Part shown: one piece after another, positions 33,646 through 35,270 of the stretch
How positions within the stretch are numbered: position 1 is the stretch's first letter
How the letters are laid out: every line of letters starts with the position of its first letter
NCBI GenBank assembly: GCA_964502775.1
Contig: CAZCYE010000004.1
Coordinates: forward strand, 1 to 35,270
From: an uncultured Bifidobacteriaceae bacterium
GTDB lineage: Bacteria > Actinomycetota > Acidimicrobiia > IMCC26256 > PALSA-555
Reading direction: 5' to 3'
Length of the DNA stretch: 35,270 bases
Notes under the pieces: model-generated
Databases searched by the model: none
Told to the model about the DNA's origin: nothing
What the model saw: the letters and a program-made list of their open reading frames with translations, nothing else
Position numbers and translations under genes: made by a program

Positions 33646-33749
33646 TACGCTGGGGATTGGCGGGCCGTGCGTCGCCCGTCGGCTCAACCCAGACCTCGTT
33701 GCGTCTCGTGCACTTCAACTCGACGTGGCTCAGAGGAAGGGGACGAGCC

Positions 33750-34448
33750 TTGCAACAGGAACAGCTCTTGGAGATTATCCACGGGCTCGCGGATGATCGA
33801 GCGGCGGGGCAGGGCTCGGGTGCCCGTCTTGTCAGCTCCTGCGTCAGCGTCCTCGCGGTCACCGGCGCGGGGATCATGGTCATGGTCGACGGCGGCCACC
33901 GTGGGACCCTCGGGAGCTCCGACGCCGCGATGGGTGTGGTGGAGGAGCTCCAGTTCACGCTGGGCGAAGGGCCGTGCCTCGATGCCTACCGACTCGGCCG
34001 GCCCGTCTTCGAGCCCGCGCTGGCAGATCCGATCACCCCCCGGTGGCCGGCGTTCACGGCGCCGGCGGTGGAAGCCGGCGTGGAGGCGATCTTCGGCTTC
34101 CCGCTCCAGATCGGCGCGATCCGACTTGGTGCCCTCGACGTCTACCTCGATCGGCCCGGTGACCTGAGTGAGGCGCAGCTGGCCGACGCCCTGGTCATGG
34201 CCGACGTGGTCACCCACGAGATCATCGAGCTCCAGGCCGGCGCACCTTCCGAGGCCCTTGCCTCCGAGCTCGACACTTCCGCGAACCTGCGGGCCGTGGT
34301 GCACCAGGCGTCGGGAATGCTCTCGGTTCAGCTCGACATCCCGATCGCGGATGCACTCATTCGTGTGCGCGCCCATTCCTACGCCGAGAATCGGCTCGTG
34401 AACGATGTCGCTCGAGATGTCGTGGCGCGGCGTCTGCTCATCGGCTAA
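33750..34448 (+). CDS. GAF-ANTAR RNA-binding regulator (divergent ANTAR motif)
   Basis: A TTG at 33750 follows GAGGAAGGGGA. An alternative GTG lies at 33708. GAF-like motifs are LGEGPCLDAY and IFGFPLQIGAIRLGALDVY. The C-terminal ANTAR is VVHQASGMLSVQLDIPIADALIRVRAHSYAENRLVNDVARDVV. Confidence 0.8.
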   Translation: MQQEQLLEIIHGLADDRAAGQGSGARLVSSCVSVLAVTGAGIMVMVDGGHRGTLGSSDAAMGVVEELQFTLGEGPCLDAYRLGRPVFEPALADPITPRWPAFTAPAVEAGVEAIFGFPLQIGAIRLGALDVYLDRPGDLSEAQLADALVMADVVTHEIIELQAGAPSEALASELDTSANLRAVVHQASGMLSVQLDIPIADALIRVRAHSYAENRLVNDVARDVVARRLLIG

Positions 34449-34450
34449 CA

Positions 34451-35236
34451 ATGGCCGAGCCCCCGAGCAGCGGGCGGATCAACTCGAAGAGGTGGGTAGT
34501 GGCATCTCGGGAGACGATGCTCGCACGGACGTTCGTGGACGTCTCCGACACTCTGGTCGCGGACTTCGACGTCCTCGACTTCCTCGCGGTGCTCGCGGGT
34601 CGTTGCGTCGAGCTCCTCGGTGTTTCCGAGGCGGGGCTCATGCTGGCCGACCCGGAGGGCGTCCTGCACGTTGCCGCGTCGTCGAGTCATACCATGAACC
34701 TCCTCGAGCTCTTCGAGCTCCAGCACGACGACGGCCCATGCGTCGACTGCTACCGAACCAAGACTCCGATTCGCGAGGAAGACCTCCACGATGCCGTGAG
34801 TCGCTGGCCCCGCTTTGCGCCGGAGGCGATCGCAGCCGGCTTCAGCTCGGTGTATGCCCTTCCGATGCGCCTTCGGAGCCAAGTCATCGGCTCGCTCAAC
34901 CTGCTGCGCGCCGAGCCGGGCCAGCTCGACAGCGACGAGCTTCTCGTCGCTCAAGCGCTCGCCGACGTCGCGACCATCGGGATCCTGCAGCACCGCGCCG
35001 CCAGTGAGACTCGGCTGATCGCCGAGCAGCTCCAGTACGCGCTCAACAGTCGAATCGTCATCGAGCAGGCCAAGGGAGTGCTCAGCGCACGCGCCGGCCT
35101 GGACATGGACGAAGCCTTCACGGCCATTCGCCAATACGCGCGCAACCACAACAAACGGCTCGTCGACGTTGCCGGAGCGATCGCCGATCGCAGTCTCGAC
35201 GTCACCACCGTGCTCGGCCGCCCAACCGATCAATAG
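34451..35236 (+). CDS. GAF-ANTAR RNA-binding regulator (canonical)
   Basis: Motifs seen: LARTFVDVSDTLVADFDVLDFLAVL, DDGPCVDCYRT and VYALPMRLRSQVIGSLNLL. The ANTAR is IVIEQAKGVLSARAGLDMDEAFTAIRQYARNHNKRLVDVAGAI. Confidence 0.88.
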   Translation: MAEPPSSGRINSKRWVVASRETMLARTFVDVSDTLVADFDVLDFLAVLAGRCVELLGVSEAGLMLADPEGVLHVAASSSHTMNLLELFELQHDDGPCVDCYRTKTPIREEDLHDAVSRWPRFAPEAIAAGFSSVYALPMRLRSQVIGSLNLLRAEPGQLDSDELLVAQALADVATIGILQHRAASETRLIAEQLQYALNSRIVIEQAKGVLSARAGLDMDEAFTAIRQYARNHNKRLVDVAGAIADRSLDVTTVLGRPTDQ

Positions 35237-35270
35237 CTGCGCGTTACGAGCACTGCCGTGATGGTTGGCT

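Noticed and set aside
33684-35233. Two long minus-strand ORFs (255 and 262 aa) mirroring the GAF-ANTAR genes
   Set aside because: The plus-strand frames carry clear GAF and ANTAR signatures. The mirror ORFs are typical high-GC antisense artefacts.
1-35270. Search for tRNA, rRNA, CRISPR arrays, IS elements, integrases and known defence or toxin-antitoxin modules
   Set aside because: I saw no T-loop or anticodon-arm patterns in the intergenic gaps and no regularly spaced repeat-spacer arrays. The only tandem repeat has contiguous 27-bp units without spacers. I saw no transposase or recombinase motifs and no nuclease, ATPase or toxin-like ORFs in any frame.

Overview
The window is visibly high-GC DNA with strong GC3 bias. 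The gene content (LPXTG substrate, DUF4012, TIGR03086/DinB-like protein, GAF-ANTAR pairs, DesA3-like desaturase) points to Actinomycetota. No rRNA, tRNA, CRISPR array, transposase or integrase was found.

About 635-23029 is one large Wzx/Wzy-type cell-surface glycan locus. It contains:
- a DUF4012 protein and a tiny Thr/Pro-rich LPXTG protein
- an initiating polyprenyl-phosphate glycosylphosphotransferase and a WecG/TagA-family transferase
- five further GT2/GT4 transferases
- a Wzz-like co-polymerase, a Wzy-like polymerase and a Wzx flippase
- an unassigned lipoprotein
- a translationally coupled CDP-sugar cassette (rfbF, rfbG, a TylCIII/TcaB9-type C-methyltransferase, an RmlC-like epimerase), divergently paired with a DegT-type aminotransferase and a 2OG-Fe(II) oxygenase
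- a secreted HEAT-repeat protein at the edge

The right third holds housekeeping or accessory genes: a DinB-like protein, a MetE-like protein, pirin, a PhnB/VOC protein and a delta-9 desaturase. It also holds two regulatory modules. One is a truncated KdpD-like kinase plus KdpE, divergent from an APC/KimA-like permease that carries an extra C-terminal OB-fold. The other is a tandem GAF-ANTAR pair.

The most unusual non-coding signals are:
- a perfect 55-nt palindrome (26-bp arms) in the desaturase/GAF-ANTAR divergent region
- a degenerate relative of that palindrome upstream of the LPXTG gene
- a 27-bp tandem repeat after wzx

I found no recognisable defence or toxin system. The best candidates for new biology are the CDP-linked branched amino-sugar pathway, the LPXTG micro-protein as a possible glycan acceptor, the permease-OB fusion with KdpDE rewiring, and the palindromic element. 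All functional calls come from motif recognition by eye and need HMM or BLAST confirmation.
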